Assembly: GCA_016716335.1 (NCBI GenBank)
Contig: JADJWN010000002.1
Coordinates: 123,262 to 187,261, forward strand
Length of the DNA: 64,000 nucleotides
DNA from: Saprospiraceae bacterium
GTDB lineage: Bacteria > Bacteroidota > Bacteroidia > Chitinophagales > Saprospiraceae
Direction: 5' to 3'
Position 1 is the stretch's first letter; each line of letters starts with the position of its first letter. The position numbers were made by a program, and so were the translations under genes. The notes beneath the pieces were generated by a model that worked only from the letters and a program-made list of their open reading frames with translations, was not told the origin of the DNA and did no database searches. This document shows positions 10,962 through 21,325 of the stretch, piece after piece.

Positions 10962-12512
10962 TTACTGTGCCGGAATGTAATCGTACGTAGCCTGTATGCC
11001 CAAAGGTATTCCTGTGCCCCAATAAATAAGCAGGAATATAGTCCATACTATCAAAAATACAATAGAATAAGGCAACATAATGGACACAAGCGTACCTATA
11101 CCTGTTCCTTTTACATATTTGTGGCAAAATACCACTACGAGAGGGAAGTACGGCATCAACGGGGTGATAATATTGGACACCGAATCACCCACTCTGTATG
11201 CTGCCTGAGTAAGGTCCGGTGAAATACCCAGCTGCATCAGCATAGGTACCATGATGGGAGAAATCAGAGCCCACTTGGCAGATGCGGATCCTACAAACAG
11301 ATTGACAAAGGCCGTAAGCAGCACTATACCCACTATGGTCACCTGACCCGGCAGGGATAGTGCCTTGAGGGTGTCTGCACCTTTGAGAGCCAGCAAAGCC
11401 CCTATATTTGACTTACCAAATGCGTCTATGAACAGTGCACAGAAATAGGCCATCACTATATAATAACTCATACCGCTCATCGCTTTGGTCATACTATCAA
11501 TGACATCCTTGGATTTTTTGAAAGTACCTGAAGTCCAGCCATATACCACTCCGGGAATCAGGAAAATAATGAATATAAGTGGCACTATAGACTTCATTAT
11601 CGGTGCTGAAAGTGCCGTGAGTTGTCCGTCTTCGGATCGAAGTGCAGAGTCTGCAGGCCATGCCCATACAAATAAAACCACCAATGAAAGAAGCATGACC
11701 ACACAGGCACGAATAAATGCTTTTTTCTCCCTGGCATCCAGACGATCCATTTTGGGTTGTTCAGCAATATCTTCATCGAGTTTCATAGTGCTTAATCTGG
11801 GTTCTACAATCTTATCGGTGAGTAACCAGCCTAAAAGTATAATAACCAGTGATGAAGCCGATGTAAAAAACCAGTTATTCAGTGGATTGAGTTGTATGGC
11901 AGGATCAATGATCTGAGCGGCAGACTGGGTAAAACCCTGTAAAAGTGGATCTATCCCTGACGGAACGAAATTGGCACTGAAGCCGCCTGATACACCTGCG
12001 AAAGCTGCTGCAATACCTGCAATCGGGTGTCGGCCGGCTGCATAGTAGATTACGCCTCCCAACGGAATTACAAGCACATATCCTGCATCTGTAGCTGTGT
12101 GGGATACAATGGCCACCAGAATAAGCATAGGTGTAAGCAGTACTTTGGGGGTCACACTGAGCAGTGCTTTGATACCTGCGTTGATAAAGCCGGCATATTC
12201 CGCCACACCTACACCCAGCATGGCCACCAGCACTATGCCCAGAGGTGCAAAATCTGTAAAGGTTTTGACCATGCCTGCCAGAAAAGCAGCGAGTGCCTTT
12301 CCGGTTAGGAGGTTATTAATAGCTATCGGATTTCCTGACCGGGGATCTATTTCACTGAAACTGATACCGGATAAGAGGGCTGATAGTATCCATACGGTGA
12401 TCATCAGAATAAAGAACAAAATCGCAGGATCCGGCAATTTATTACCTGCTTTTTCAATGAAATCGAGCGATTTGTCAATAAATCCTTTTTTTGTGGTGGC
12501 TTGTGTACTCAT
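10962..12512 (-). CDS. AbgT-family (p-aminobenzoyl-glutamate type) transporter
   Basis: 516-aa polytopic membrane protein. The N-terminus DFIEKAGNKLPDPAILFF is typical of AbgT. Confidence 0.8.
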   Translation of the reverse strand: MSTQATTKKGFIDKSLDFIEKAGNKLPDPAILFFILMITVWILSALLSGISFSEIDPRSGNPIAINNLLTGKALAAFLAGMVKTFTDFAPLGIVLVAMLGVGVAEYAGFINAGIKALLSVTPKVLLTPMLILVAIVSHTATDAGYVLVIPLGGVIYYAAGRHPIAGIAAAFAGVSGGFSANFVPSGIDPLLQGFTQSAAQIIDPAIQLNPLNNWFFTSASSLVIILLGWLLTDKIVEPRLSTMKLDEDIAEQPKMDRLDAREKKAFIRACVVMLLSLVVLFVWAWPADSALRSEDGQLTALSAPIMKSIVPLIFIIFLIPGVVYGWTSGTFKKSKDVIDSMTKAMSGMSYYIVMAYFCALFIDAFGKSNIGALLALKGADTLKALSLPGQVTIVGIVLLTAFVNLFVGSASAKWALISPIMVPMLMQLGISPDLTQAAYRVGDSVSNIITPLMPYFPLVVVFCHKYVKGTGIGTLVSIMLPYSIVFLIVWTIFLLIYWGTGIPLGIQATYDYIPAQ

Positions 12513-12691
12513 TTTGATTATGATTTTTTGAAGCCACTAATTTAAGGAATTCCTGACAGCATGTATATCTGAGAGCAAAAATCACAGAACAGGATTGAAC
12601 AAGTCAAATATTAATAACCTGAAGAGCCCCATCTTTCTTTGGCTGATTGTTGATGCTTTAACCCGGATGATTTGTCCTGTAAGCCGGATTA

Positions 12692-14110
12692 TTACAGATC
12701 CGCCATCAAACCTGCATAATACAAAATGGTGTAGTATGCTTTCTGACTTTTGACCAACAGCTCCAGATATTTGATCCGGGCATTGATGAGTGCCTGCTCC
12801 CGGGCGTTGACGATAAAGAGCGAACTTTCACCGATCTGAAACAACCGGATTTCCGCTTCGAACATCCGCTGATAGTTGGTCACCGCAGATTCAAAGATGA
12901 GTGCCTGTTCCTGCAGAGCGAGATACTCGTTGATATAGGCTTTATAATTATTGAATAGTATGACGGCACTGTTTTCGAGTTCGAGATTATTTTCCATCAG
13001 CTTCAGTTCGGCTAATTTCAGGTCTCCCCGTTCTTTACGCAGCAGGAGAGGCATTTTGAACTCAAGGCCGAATTTGTAATTGTTCACCGACCAGCCGGCC
13101 AGCAGATTATTGCCGATTGCTTCGGTGATGGGATTGAACTGCAGATTGATGACCGGTTTGAGTTTGTCCTGCTTGAGTTTCCGGTCTATTTCCAGTTGAT
13201 TGATTTTTTGTCTGAGCTGTTCCAGATAAGGTTGCCCTGATATAAAGCTTTGTTCGTTCAGCAGTTGATTGGTGACGTTGACAAACTGAGCGGCTTCGTT
13301 TTCACGGCCCGGTCTTTCGAAAGGTCTCAGTCCGATATTGACATTATCCTCATTCCACAGATAATTGGAAAATATCAGACTGGCATTTCTGTATTCCAAT
13401 ATGGCCTGATTCAGTCCGGTCTCGATGATCTGCAGTTGTATTCTGGCTTCTACAGTGTCAATGGCAGGTCTGTCTCCGCTTTGGGCATTGATGACTGTGG
13501 CTTCATATCTCTGGCTGGCATTGGCAAATGCATTGTCAAATATCTGTCGGGTATGGAAGGCTCTGAACCATTCCCAGTACTGCAGGGTCACTTCATAGCA
13601 TATTTTATTGAGCATATCCTGTCTTTTGCTCAAAGCAAGATTGATACCGGCTTTGGCTGAATTGCGGGCTGCTCTTCTTTCATCAATGACCAGACCCTGT
13701 CCTATGGGCATGGATATGCCTGCGTACAATAATCCTGCGGATGGGGTACTGTTTTCAGGATTCAGAAAAAGCCCTCTGTTGAATTCATATCCTGATTTGA
13801 AGGAGGCAGCAAACGGACTTGCCCATTTCACGCCACCATCCAGGATACTGTAGTAGGATTTGTCTGCAAACTCTTTCTGATCGAGCACGGATTGGGCTAT
13901 GGGGTCAAAATTGCCTTTTGCCTTCAGCAGCTCCGCATTAGCCATCATCGTCTGTATATCTGCCTGCTTAGCCACAGGGTGATAGCTTCGCACCCTTTTC
14001 AAAATTTCAGGTAAGGTAAGCAGACTGTCTTGCTGGGCATACATTTCTGCACTCTGCAATGCGAAGCAAGTGAGCAAAAACCTTAATATCCATGTATTCA
14101 GATCATTCAC
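12692..14110 (-). CDS. TolC-family outer-membrane efflux protein
   Basis: 472 aa with a signal peptide and coiled-coil-rich OMF-like sequence. It is the last gene of the ABC-HlyD operon. Confidence 0.8.
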   Translation of the reverse strand: MNDLNTWILRFLLTCFALQSAEMYAQQDSLLTLPEILKRVRSYHPVAKQADIQTMMANAELLKAKGNFDPIAQSVLDQKEFADKSYYSILDGGVKWASPFAASFKSGYEFNRGLFLNPENSTPSAGLLYAGISMPIGQGLVIDERRAARNSAKAGINLALSKRQDMLNKICYEVTLQYWEWFRAFHTRQIFDNAFANASQRYEATVINAQSGDRPAIDTVEARIQLQIIETGLNQAILEYRNASLIFSNYLWNEDNVNIGLRPFERPGRENEAAQFVNVTNQLLNEQSFISGQPYLEQLRQKINQLEIDRKLKQDKLKPVINLQFNPITEAIGNNLLAGWSVNNYKFGLEFKMPLLLRKERGDLKLAELKLMENNLELENSAVILFNNYKAYINEYLALQEQALIFESAVTNYQRMFEAEIRLFQIGESSLFIVNAREQALINARIKYLELLVKSQKAYYTILYYAGLMADL

Positions 14111-14150
14111 AGGCCAATTATTTTAATAAAGCTTTCAATTTTGAAATGGC

Positions 14151-15521
14151 TTATTTTTTCAATGTAAGTTTGTCATCCTCAGGCAAAGTATTTCCTTTTT
14201 TGTAATAATCAGGTGGAAATCCATTGATCTGACGCCATATCTCATACCATACCCTTACAGTTTTCAACAGGGTGATGGTCTTGACTCCGGCCCCGACTCT
14301 GAGTTGTTCGGGCCATTTGTAGCTGTCAGGATTGGGTTTGACCAATACTCTGTACAGATTGTTGTCGCTGATAAAATTGTCCATCGCCAGCACTCTGCCT
14401 TCATATGTACCGTAGGACACTCCTGGCCATCCCGAAAAGATGATCGCAGGCCATCCATCAAACTGTATCATTACTTTCTGGCCGGGTTCAAATAAAGGCA
14501 GGTCAATCGGCCTTACATACATCTCTATGGCCAGATCATATTCTGCAGGCATGATACTGGCTATGGCGTCCCCTTCCTTGATGGTCTCACCGATACCGGT
14601 CTGGATGGCTTTGGTAATATATCCATCCTGCGGTGCCAGAATATAATACAGATCAGTACGGACTTTGTAGTTGGAGTACTGATTGGTCAGTTTACCTATT
14701 GTAGCTTCCGTATCAAACTGACCGGACAAGGCCGAGTATTTATCGGATCTGGCCTTGGATATTTTGTCTCTGTAGTCTGCCTGAATTTCATTGAGTTCAA
14801 GCTGAGCATTGATCAGTTCGTTTCTGCTGGTGAGCAGTTTATTTTCCTGCGATATCTTTTTGGCTTGTGCCTCTTGTCTCTTTACATTGCGGTTTTCCAG
14901 TTCGGTGAGGGATTTGAGTCCTTCATTGTACAGTCCCTGGATACGGAGGTATTGCTCATTGGCTACCTCAAGGTTGATCTTGGCAGCCTCGAGGTCTATA
15001 CTGTCTGACTGTACTTTGAGTTGTGTCTGCAATATCTTGTTTTGTGCCTGAGATACCTTGAGCTGCAATGCCTGTTCCAGGGCTGCAATCTGTGTATCAA
15101 TAGCCCTGACCTTTTCCTGATAGGACATTTTTGAAAATGTCTTGGCATCCAGCTGGAGCTGTGTATTATCCAGCAGGTTCGGATCGAAATAATCATCCTT
15201 CACTTCCGACAAGCGCATGATAGTATCGCCTTTGCTTACAAACTGTCCTTCCTGTACATACCATTTTTCTATCCGGCCGGCAATGACAGACTGTATAGTC
15301 TGTGGCCTCTGGTCGGGTTTCAGTGCTATGACATTTCCGGTAGAGCGTACGTTCTGAGTCCATGGGAGAAACATGACTATGATTCCCAAGCTGATCAATA
15401 CGGTCATTGTTCTTTTCAGTCGTTCAAAGGAATGTGCATACCTCGTTTTCAACAGATGAAAGGAACCCAGCTTCTCTTCCGGTATTCTGGTTTTGGTGGT
15501 TTGAGTGGATATATTGAGCAT
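14151..15521 (-). CDS. HlyD-family secretion / membrane-fusion protein
   Basis: 456 aa with one N-terminal TM segment, a long coiled coil and a C-terminal beta domain. Confidence 0.85.
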   Translation of the reverse strand: MLNISTQTTKTRIPEEKLGSFHLLKTRYAHSFERLKRTMTVLISLGIIVMFLPWTQNVRSTGNVIALKPDQRPQTIQSVIAGRIEKWYVQEGQFVSKGDTIMRLSEVKDDYFDPNLLDNTQLQLDAKTFSKMSYQEKVRAIDTQIAALEQALQLKVSQAQNKILQTQLKVQSDSIDLEAAKINLEVANEQYLRIQGLYNEGLKSLTELENRNVKRQEAQAKKISQENKLLTSRNELINAQLELNEIQADYRDKISKARSDKYSALSGQFDTEATIGKLTNQYSNYKVRTDLYYILAPQDGYITKAIQTGIGETIKEGDAIASIMPAEYDLAIEMYVRPIDLPLFEPGQKVMIQFDGWPAIIFSGWPGVSYGTYEGRVLAMDNFISDNNLYRVLVKPNPDSYKWPEQLRVGAGVKTITLLKTVRVWYEIWRQINGFPPDYYKKGNTLPEDDKLTLKK

Positions 15522-15549
15522 ATCTGTTTTTTATTTTAGCATGTGATGA

Positions 15550-17205
15550 TTATAATATTCTGCCGTCTTCAATATGCACTACTCGCTCAAATTTACTGAA
15601 TATGGACGGATCCTTCGAAATCACGATTAATGTCCAGTGATGTGAGGGGTCAGTGATGTACTCCAGTACACTTTTCCGCTCTGATTCCTCCATTTCTCCC
15701 AGGAAATCGTCGATCATCAGTAATCTGGGGTTTTTCAGAATATTCCGGGCAATAATGATTTTTCTCGTGATGGTTTTGGAAATTTTTCTCCCGGACGGTC
15801 CGATAATGGTATCCAATCCCAAAGGCAATGTCTGCAGAAACTCATCCAGTCCCAGACTGTTGCAGACTTCCATGATCCTTTCCAAAGGAATATTCTTGCC
15901 CAAGGTAAAATTTTCGAGTAACGAACCATAAAAGATACTGTCATCCGATACACATTCGGCAATCATGCTTCTCAATACTGAGATGTTGTAATTTTTCATC
16001 GGAAGTCCGTTGTAGTTGATAGCTCCGGAATCCGGCTCATACAATCCTGTCATCAATGTGAGCAGGGTACTCTTACCTGATCCGTTGGATCCCGTTATAC
16101 AGATTTTCTCTCCCGGTGCGATATCCAGATTGCAGTCTGACAATGTCAGTTCATGAGAATCCGGAAATTTGAAGGATACGTTTCGGATATTTACCGCAAA
16201 ACCCATATCATCTGTCGGTTTGATCTCCAGTCCTTTGTCTTCCTCCAGTTCGAGGTCTGTCACCTGTCCGACTTTTTCGATGGAGGTAAGAAGGTCATAA
16301 ATGACCTCCAGTGTCAAAAGGAGTTTTTCGGAGGAGGAGATAAGCAATAGCACCACGATCTCAGCAGCCACAAACTGACCTATATTCATCTGTTGGTTGA
16401 ATACCAGAATTCCTCCCATAATCAGAAAGGAGGCAGCGACCAGAATTTTAAACAGGATGAACAGGTAATATTGTCTCAGCAGTATCTGGAAGTGATTTTC
16501 TCTCGCTTCTAAGTAAGAGGTGACCAATGCGTCGGTCTTTTTCAGCGGTAGCATGGAGTCACAGGTCAGCCTGAAGGTTGCATTGGTCCGTGCCAGTTCC
16601 TCCAGCCAGTGCGCAACCTTGTATTTATATTTGGATTCTATAAGCGAGGATCTCAGACCTCTCTGAAAAATGTAGGTGCCTATCAGTACAGCCATCAACA
16701 ACAGCATGATACTGAATATGATGAAAAAAGGATGGTAGAATGAAAGCAGAATCAATCCGAAAATAATCTGCAATGCTGAGGTCGAAAATTCAATCAGTAC
16801 CTTGGATAATCCTTTCTGTATGGAAATGGTATCAAAAAACCGGTTCATCAGTTCCGGAGCGTATTTATCATGCAATTCCTTCATCTTGATCCTCGGTATC
16901 CTGAAGGTAAACTCAAAAGCAGATCTGGTAAAAATGTCTTTTTGCAGCGTTTCGGTGATTCTGAGCTGATAAATCTGCATGTATCCGTTAAAGGTATATC
17001 CTGCGAGAACGATAAATATCAATAAAAGCCAGGAGGCGGAAATTTCACCTCCCTGAATCAGATTGATGATAGCCTGGATGCCTAAGGGTAAAGTCAAAGC
17101 TATGATACCACTGAGTGCAGCGAATATGTACAGGTCTCTTATGGCACCGGTATGCAATGCCAGCAATCTGAAAAATCTTTGGACCGGTGTTATATCTGGT
17201 GTCAT
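15550..17205 (-). CDS. ABC exporter (fused TMD-NBD, no C39 peptidase domain)
   Basis: 551 aa with Walker A GSNGSGKST and Walker-B-like LLMIDDF. The ATGA start/stop overlap with the TetR gene indicates one operon. Confidence 0.85.
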   Translation of the reverse strand: MTPDITPVQRFFRLLALHTGAIRDLYIFAALSGIIALTLPLGIQAIINLIQGGEISASWLLLIFIVLAGYTFNGYMQIYQLRITETLQKDIFTRSAFEFTFRIPRIKMKELHDKYAPELMNRFFDTISIQKGLSKVLIEFSTSALQIIFGLILLSFYHPFFIIFSIMLLLMAVLIGTYIFQRGLRSSLIESKYKYKVAHWLEELARTNATFRLTCDSMLPLKKTDALVTSYLEARENHFQILLRQYYLFILFKILVAASFLIMGGILVFNQQMNIGQFVAAEIVVLLLISSSEKLLLTLEVIYDLLTSIEKVGQVTDLELEEDKGLEIKPTDDMGFAVNIRNVSFKFPDSHELTLSDCNLDIAPGEKICITGSNGSGKSTLLTLMTGLYEPDSGAINYNGLPMKNYNISVLRSMIAECVSDDSIFYGSLLENFTLGKNIPLERIMEVCNSLGLDEFLQTLPLGLDTIIGPSGRKISKTITRKIIIARNILKNPRLLMIDDFLGEMEESERKSVLEYITDPSHHWTLIVISKDPSIFSKFERVVHIEDGRIL

Positions 17206-17882
17206 ATTACATTCAATTGTTTGAGAATAAGATTTTTGTAAAAAATCAGAATAGAGTGCTCACCCTCTTTTTTGTCTGTCAGTGACTTTAGGTGCAGGCT
17301 GAAAAATATCTGATGATGTATGCCTTCAATCACTGTGGTCGTGAGCATATGCGGATAAGGGTAGTCAGGGACTATCTCTCTGATAATATTGCTGATACTT
17401 GCCACCAGATGTTTGTAGTTGAAGTACATCCCATCCTTATTCAGAGCATCTACGTCCTTGATGAGATAGGCTTTGGAAGATTCCGAATAAATTATTTTGA
17501 ATAATTTGTTGGTGTTCAGATATTCGGTATCGTCAAACTCAGAGGAAGGATTGGTAAGAATTTCAATGGCATTTTCCAGTCTGAAAATGGGATCCACAAT
17601 ATTGGCATTGCGAAACGCCAGACGATACTCAATCCAGCCCCAGTACCAGGATGAGAGATACAGCAAAAGCTTGTGTTTGTTATCAAAATAGCGGTAAATA
17701 GATGCTTCGGGAGACTGGATCAATCTTCCGAGTTTCCTGAAATTGAAGTCTTCAAATCCTACTTCTTCAATCAATTCGACGCTGTGTCTCAGTATTTTTC
17801 TGCCGAGTTCGCTCGAGAGAGGATCTTTGAGAAAGATACTGGGGTGAATGCGGGGATCAAATTTTGATAGTGAAAAATACAT
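17202..17882 (-). CDS. TetR-family transcriptional regulator
   Basis: The N-terminal HTH reads GFEDFNFRKLGRLIQSPEASIYRYFDNKHKLL. Confidence 0.75.
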   Translation of the reverse strand: MYFSLSKFDPRIHPSIFLKDPLSSELGRKILRHSVELIEEVGFEDFNFRKLGRLIQSPEASIYRYFDNKHKLLLYLSSWYWGWIEYRLAFRNANIVDPIFRLENAIEILTNPSSEFDDTEYLNTNKLFKIIYSESSKAYLIKDVDALNKDGMYFNYKHLVASISNIIREIVPDYPYPHMLTTTVIEGIHHQIFFSLHLKSLTDKKEGEHSILIFYKNLILKQLNVI

Positions 17883-18219
17883 TTTAGCTACTTATATTAT
17901 CATAAATAATAGTAATGCTATCATAAATGGTAAAATGGGCAATAGTGTTCTATATCGCTTGCTAAAATTTTGTTAAAAAAATTATCAGGATTGTTTATCG
18001 GACAGAATGGATTTCGGATTCTTTGAGATTTCCGGAATTACCAGTTTCCGACGAATGTAAAATCAAAATTTTTATTTTCTGATACCCAATCAAAAAGACA
18101 GGTAATCATTCGGATATATATTAAAAATAATTTATTTTGATTTTCAGTGAAAAAAATTTTGTGAATAACGTTATTAAAATGAACAGTGTTTATTAAATTT
18201 GCATCGTTAATATTTTGGA

Positions 18220-18843
18220 ATGGGTATCACTGAGAGAAAGGAAAGAGAAAAGCAGGAGCTCAAGGAGTTGATTCTCCTCAAGGCTAAAGAAATACTGATG
18301 CGTGAAGGTCAGGAAAAGATGTCCATCCGCCGCATTGCGCAGGAAGCAGAGTACAGTCCGGCCACTATTTATCTGTATTTTCAGGATAAAGACGAGATAC
18401 TCCATGAGTTGATGGAGATGGGATTCGGGCTGATGAACAAACATATGGATGCGGCCTTCGCCGAAGAAAATCCGGTCATGAGAATCAGAAAAATCGGGGA
18501 GGCGTACGTGGATTTCGGACTGAAACACAAAGATTGGTATGATCTTATGTTTGTGTCACAACAACCGATGAATCACATAGAACGGTGCAAAGAACAATGG
18601 GGGCACGGTCTCGGGCTTTTTGAATATCTGTCAGCTACCTGTGCCGAAGCCGTAGCCGGACATGGTGATATGCCGATATCAGAGCCCAGAATCATGGCAC
18701 TCACTCTTTGGGCGCATGTACATGGTCTGGTGATGCTGGCGCATGCACAGCGTCTGGATGTAGTGGAAAAAGAGCAGACTCAAAGACTCATCGCAGGAGC
18801 TATGGATGGCATGATGCACATGATGTTTCCTTACCATAATTAA
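18220..18843 (+). CDS. TetR/AcrR-family transcriptional regulator
   Basis: The HTH reads MSIRRIAQEAEYSPATIYLYFQDKDEIL. It heads the RND operon. Confidence 0.85.
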   Translation: MGITERKEREKQELKELILLKAKEILMREGQEKMSIRRIAQEAEYSPATIYLYFQDKDEILHELMEMGFGLMNKHMDAAFAEENPVMRIRKIGEAYVDFGLKHKDWYDLMFVSQQPMNHIERCKEQWGHGLGLFEYLSATCAEAVAGHGDMPISEPRIMALTLWAHVHGLVMLAHAQRLDVVEKEQTQRLIAGAMDGMMHMMFPYHN

Positions 18844-18849
18844 AACAGA

Positions 18850-20226
18850 ATGAATCAACTTAATCGTATGTATAATATCAGTCCCAGGAAGAATATCGAA
18901 AAAATATGGTGTCTTGCGTTGCTGCTTCTTTTCGGAAGATTTGCCATCGCTCAGAGTCCGGACGAACTGATCCGGGCAGCCTGGCAGCACGATGCCCGCC
19001 TTGCTGCCTCCCGCTTCGAATTGAAAGCTGCGGAGTCTGCCATACTTGAAGCCAGATCCATGTACGGGCCTTCTGTATCTTTCGGTACCCAATATACCAG
19101 AGCAGCTGGAGGCCGTGTCATAGAAGTGCCAATTGGCGATATTGTCAATCCGGTATATGCCACCTTAAATGCTTTGACCCAGAGCAATATGTTTCCCGTA
19201 TTGCAAAATGAGAAGACCTACTTTTTGCCGGATAATTTTTATGACAGCAGATTTCGGATTCAGCAGGCTATATATTATCCGGATCTTGAAATTAATAAGT
19301 TGGTCAGGACTGAGCAAAGGAATCTCAAAGAGCTTGAGATCAGATCCTATAAAAGATTGCTGTCTAAAGAAGTGATGCAGGCTTACTATGGTGCACAGTC
19401 AGCTGCCGGAGTGCTGAGTATTCTGAAGACCTCCGGAGAATTGCTGCTGGAAGTCAGAAAACTGACCGAAAGTATGATCCGCAATGGAGTAGCATTACCC
19501 GCCACATTGTACAGAATCAACAGCGATATCGCCGATCTGGATATTAAAATCAGAGATGCAGAAAACAATGTGGAAAATGTCAAAGCTTATCTGAAATACC
19601 TGACAGGCAAAGATGTCATATCATTGATGCCTTCCGAACAGATGGAACTGCCATTCCTCGCCAAAGATGAAGATAGTAATACCCGGGAGGAGCTCCAACA
19701 AATTGATAAGGCTATTACACTGCAGCAGCTCTCTCTCAAAAATGAGGAGAATTTTTACAAACCCCGCATTGGTGCTGTGCTTGATCTGGGTTCACAGGCT
19801 TTTGACTTTGGCTGGGCGCCTTATGTCTTGCTGGGATTAAACATTGAGATGAACCTCTACGATTCCGGTAAGAATAAAAACCGGAGGTCACAGGTCCGGT
19901 CATCCATAGAGGCCGCAGAGCATCAGAAATTACACCTCGCCAGACAACTGGATCTTCAAAAGTCCAATGCTGAACGGTCTTACGCCACTGCCCTTGCTAA
20001 AATCCGAGCATTCACCCCTAAATTGGAGGCTGCCGAGCGGACATACAAAGATATATTCAATGCATATAAAGCAGGCTCGGCAGGATACCTCGAGATGCTG
20101 GATGCCAGAACCAATCTCACCACTACCCGCCTGGAACAGAATCTTTACACCTATGATGCCTGGATGAAATATGCAGAATGGATTTATGTCACGGCATCCT
20201 ATCCGGTGGACACTGACGGTAATTGA
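18850..20226 (+). CDS. TolC-family outer-membrane efflux protein
   Basis: 458-aa OMF-like sequence sitting between the TetR gene and the adaptor gene. Confidence 0.8.
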   Translation: MNQLNRMYNISPRKNIEKIWCLALLLLFGRFAIAQSPDELIRAAWQHDARLAASRFELKAAESAILEARSMYGPSVSFGTQYTRAAGGRVIEVPIGDIVNPVYATLNALTQSNMFPVLQNEKTYFLPDNFYDSRFRIQQAIYYPDLEINKLVRTEQRNLKELEIRSYKRLLSKEVMQAYYGAQSAAGVLSILKTSGELLLEVRKLTESMIRNGVALPATLYRINSDIADLDIKIRDAENNVENVKAYLKYLTGKDVISLMPSEQMELPFLAKDEDSNTREELQQIDKAITLQQLSLKNEENFYKPRIGAVLDLGSQAFDFGWAPYVLLGLNIEMNLYDSGKNKNRRSQVRSSIEAAEHQKLHLARQLDLQKSNAERSYATALAKIRAFTPKLEAAERTYKDIFNAYKAGSAGYLEMLDARTNLTTTRLEQNLYTYDAWMKYAEWIYVTASYPVDTDGN

Positions 20227-20254
20227 TTTTTTATAAATTTTTCAATCTTAATAC

Positions 20255-21304
20255 ATGAAAACACACTTCCTCATCATAGCCGCTTTCATGCTGGCTTCAT
20301 GTAAAAACAATAGTAAAGAGTCTGCCAAAGACCCGGTACGTGAGTCTGGGAGCGGATTGACTCATGTCAAAGTGGAGAAAGTAAGTACGGATGTCAACGT
20401 GCCTCAGATCAGGGCACTCGGTATTATCATGAGTGAGAGTGAGGCCAAGCCTTCTTTTAAGACAGGCGGTATCATCCGGCAGTGCTACTTCAGAGAGGGC
20501 AGCACCGTAAAAAAGGGGCAGCTGCTGGCTACACTGGTGATGACAGAAATCAATGCACAGGTTACACAGGCTGAAGAAGCCTTTGCCAAGGCAGAAAGGG
20601 ATTACAGACGGGTGCAGAATCTGTATGCAGACAGTGTAGCCACCCTGGAGCAATTGCAGAATGTCAAAACAGCATACGAGGTCAGCGGTAAAACACTCGA
20701 AATTGCCCGCTTCAATCAAAGTCAGAGTGAAGTGAGAGCTCCCATCCACGGCAGAGTGGTAAAACAGATGTTGTATGAGGGTGAAATCGCCGGTCCGGGT
20801 ATGCCTGTCTGTTATATCATGGGCACAGGCAGCAAAGACTGGAAAGTCGTGGTTGGACTCAATGACAGGGACTGGGCAAAAGTATCCAAAGGAGACAAAG
20901 CCGAAGTACAGTTTGATGCTTATCCGGGCCGGCATTATAAAGCAGTTGTCACCGAAAAAGCGGCATATTCGGCAGGCAATGCCGGTACACTGGATGTCAC
21001 TTTAAAGCTCCTTGAACAACCCGCTGACCTGGCGGCAGGATTAGCTGCCGATGTCAGTTTTAATATGCCGGCAAGACAAGCAGCAAGAGTGGTCCCTGTG
21101 GAAGCATTGGTAAAAACCAACGGAAAATCTTCCTGGGTTTACACGGTGGATAATGGCGTGGCCAGGGCGATACCGGTGAGGTTGGGAGAGCTGCGGGGCA
21201 ACAAGGTGGAGATCATACAGGGCCTCGAAGGAGTAGATGAAGTCATTACCATCGGCTCTGTGTACATAGAAGATGGAGAGCGGGTAGAAGTAAGCAGAAA
21301 TTAA
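20255..21304 (+). CDS. RND efflux periplasmic adaptor (MFP) lipoprotein
   Basis: It has a lipobox, MLASCKNN, and HlyD_D23-like sequence. Confidence 0.85.
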   Translation: MKTHFLIIAAFMLASCKNNSKESAKDPVRESGSGLTHVKVEKVSTDVNVPQIRALGIIMSESEAKPSFKTGGIIRQCYFREGSTVKKGQLLATLVMTEINAQVTQAEEAFAKAERDYRRVQNLYADSVATLEQLQNVKTAYEVSGKTLEIARFNQSQSEVRAPIHGRVVKQMLYEGEIAGPGMPVCYIMGTGSKDWKVVVGLNDRDWAKVSKGDKAEVQFDAYPGRHYKAVVTEKAAYSAGNAGTLDVTLKLLEQPADLAAGLAADVSFNMPARQAARVVPVEALVKTNGKSSWVYTVDNGVARAIPVRLGELRGNKVEIIQGLEGVDEVITIGSVYIEDGERVEVSRN

Positions 21305-21325
21305 TCCACCCCAAAACCTCAGATT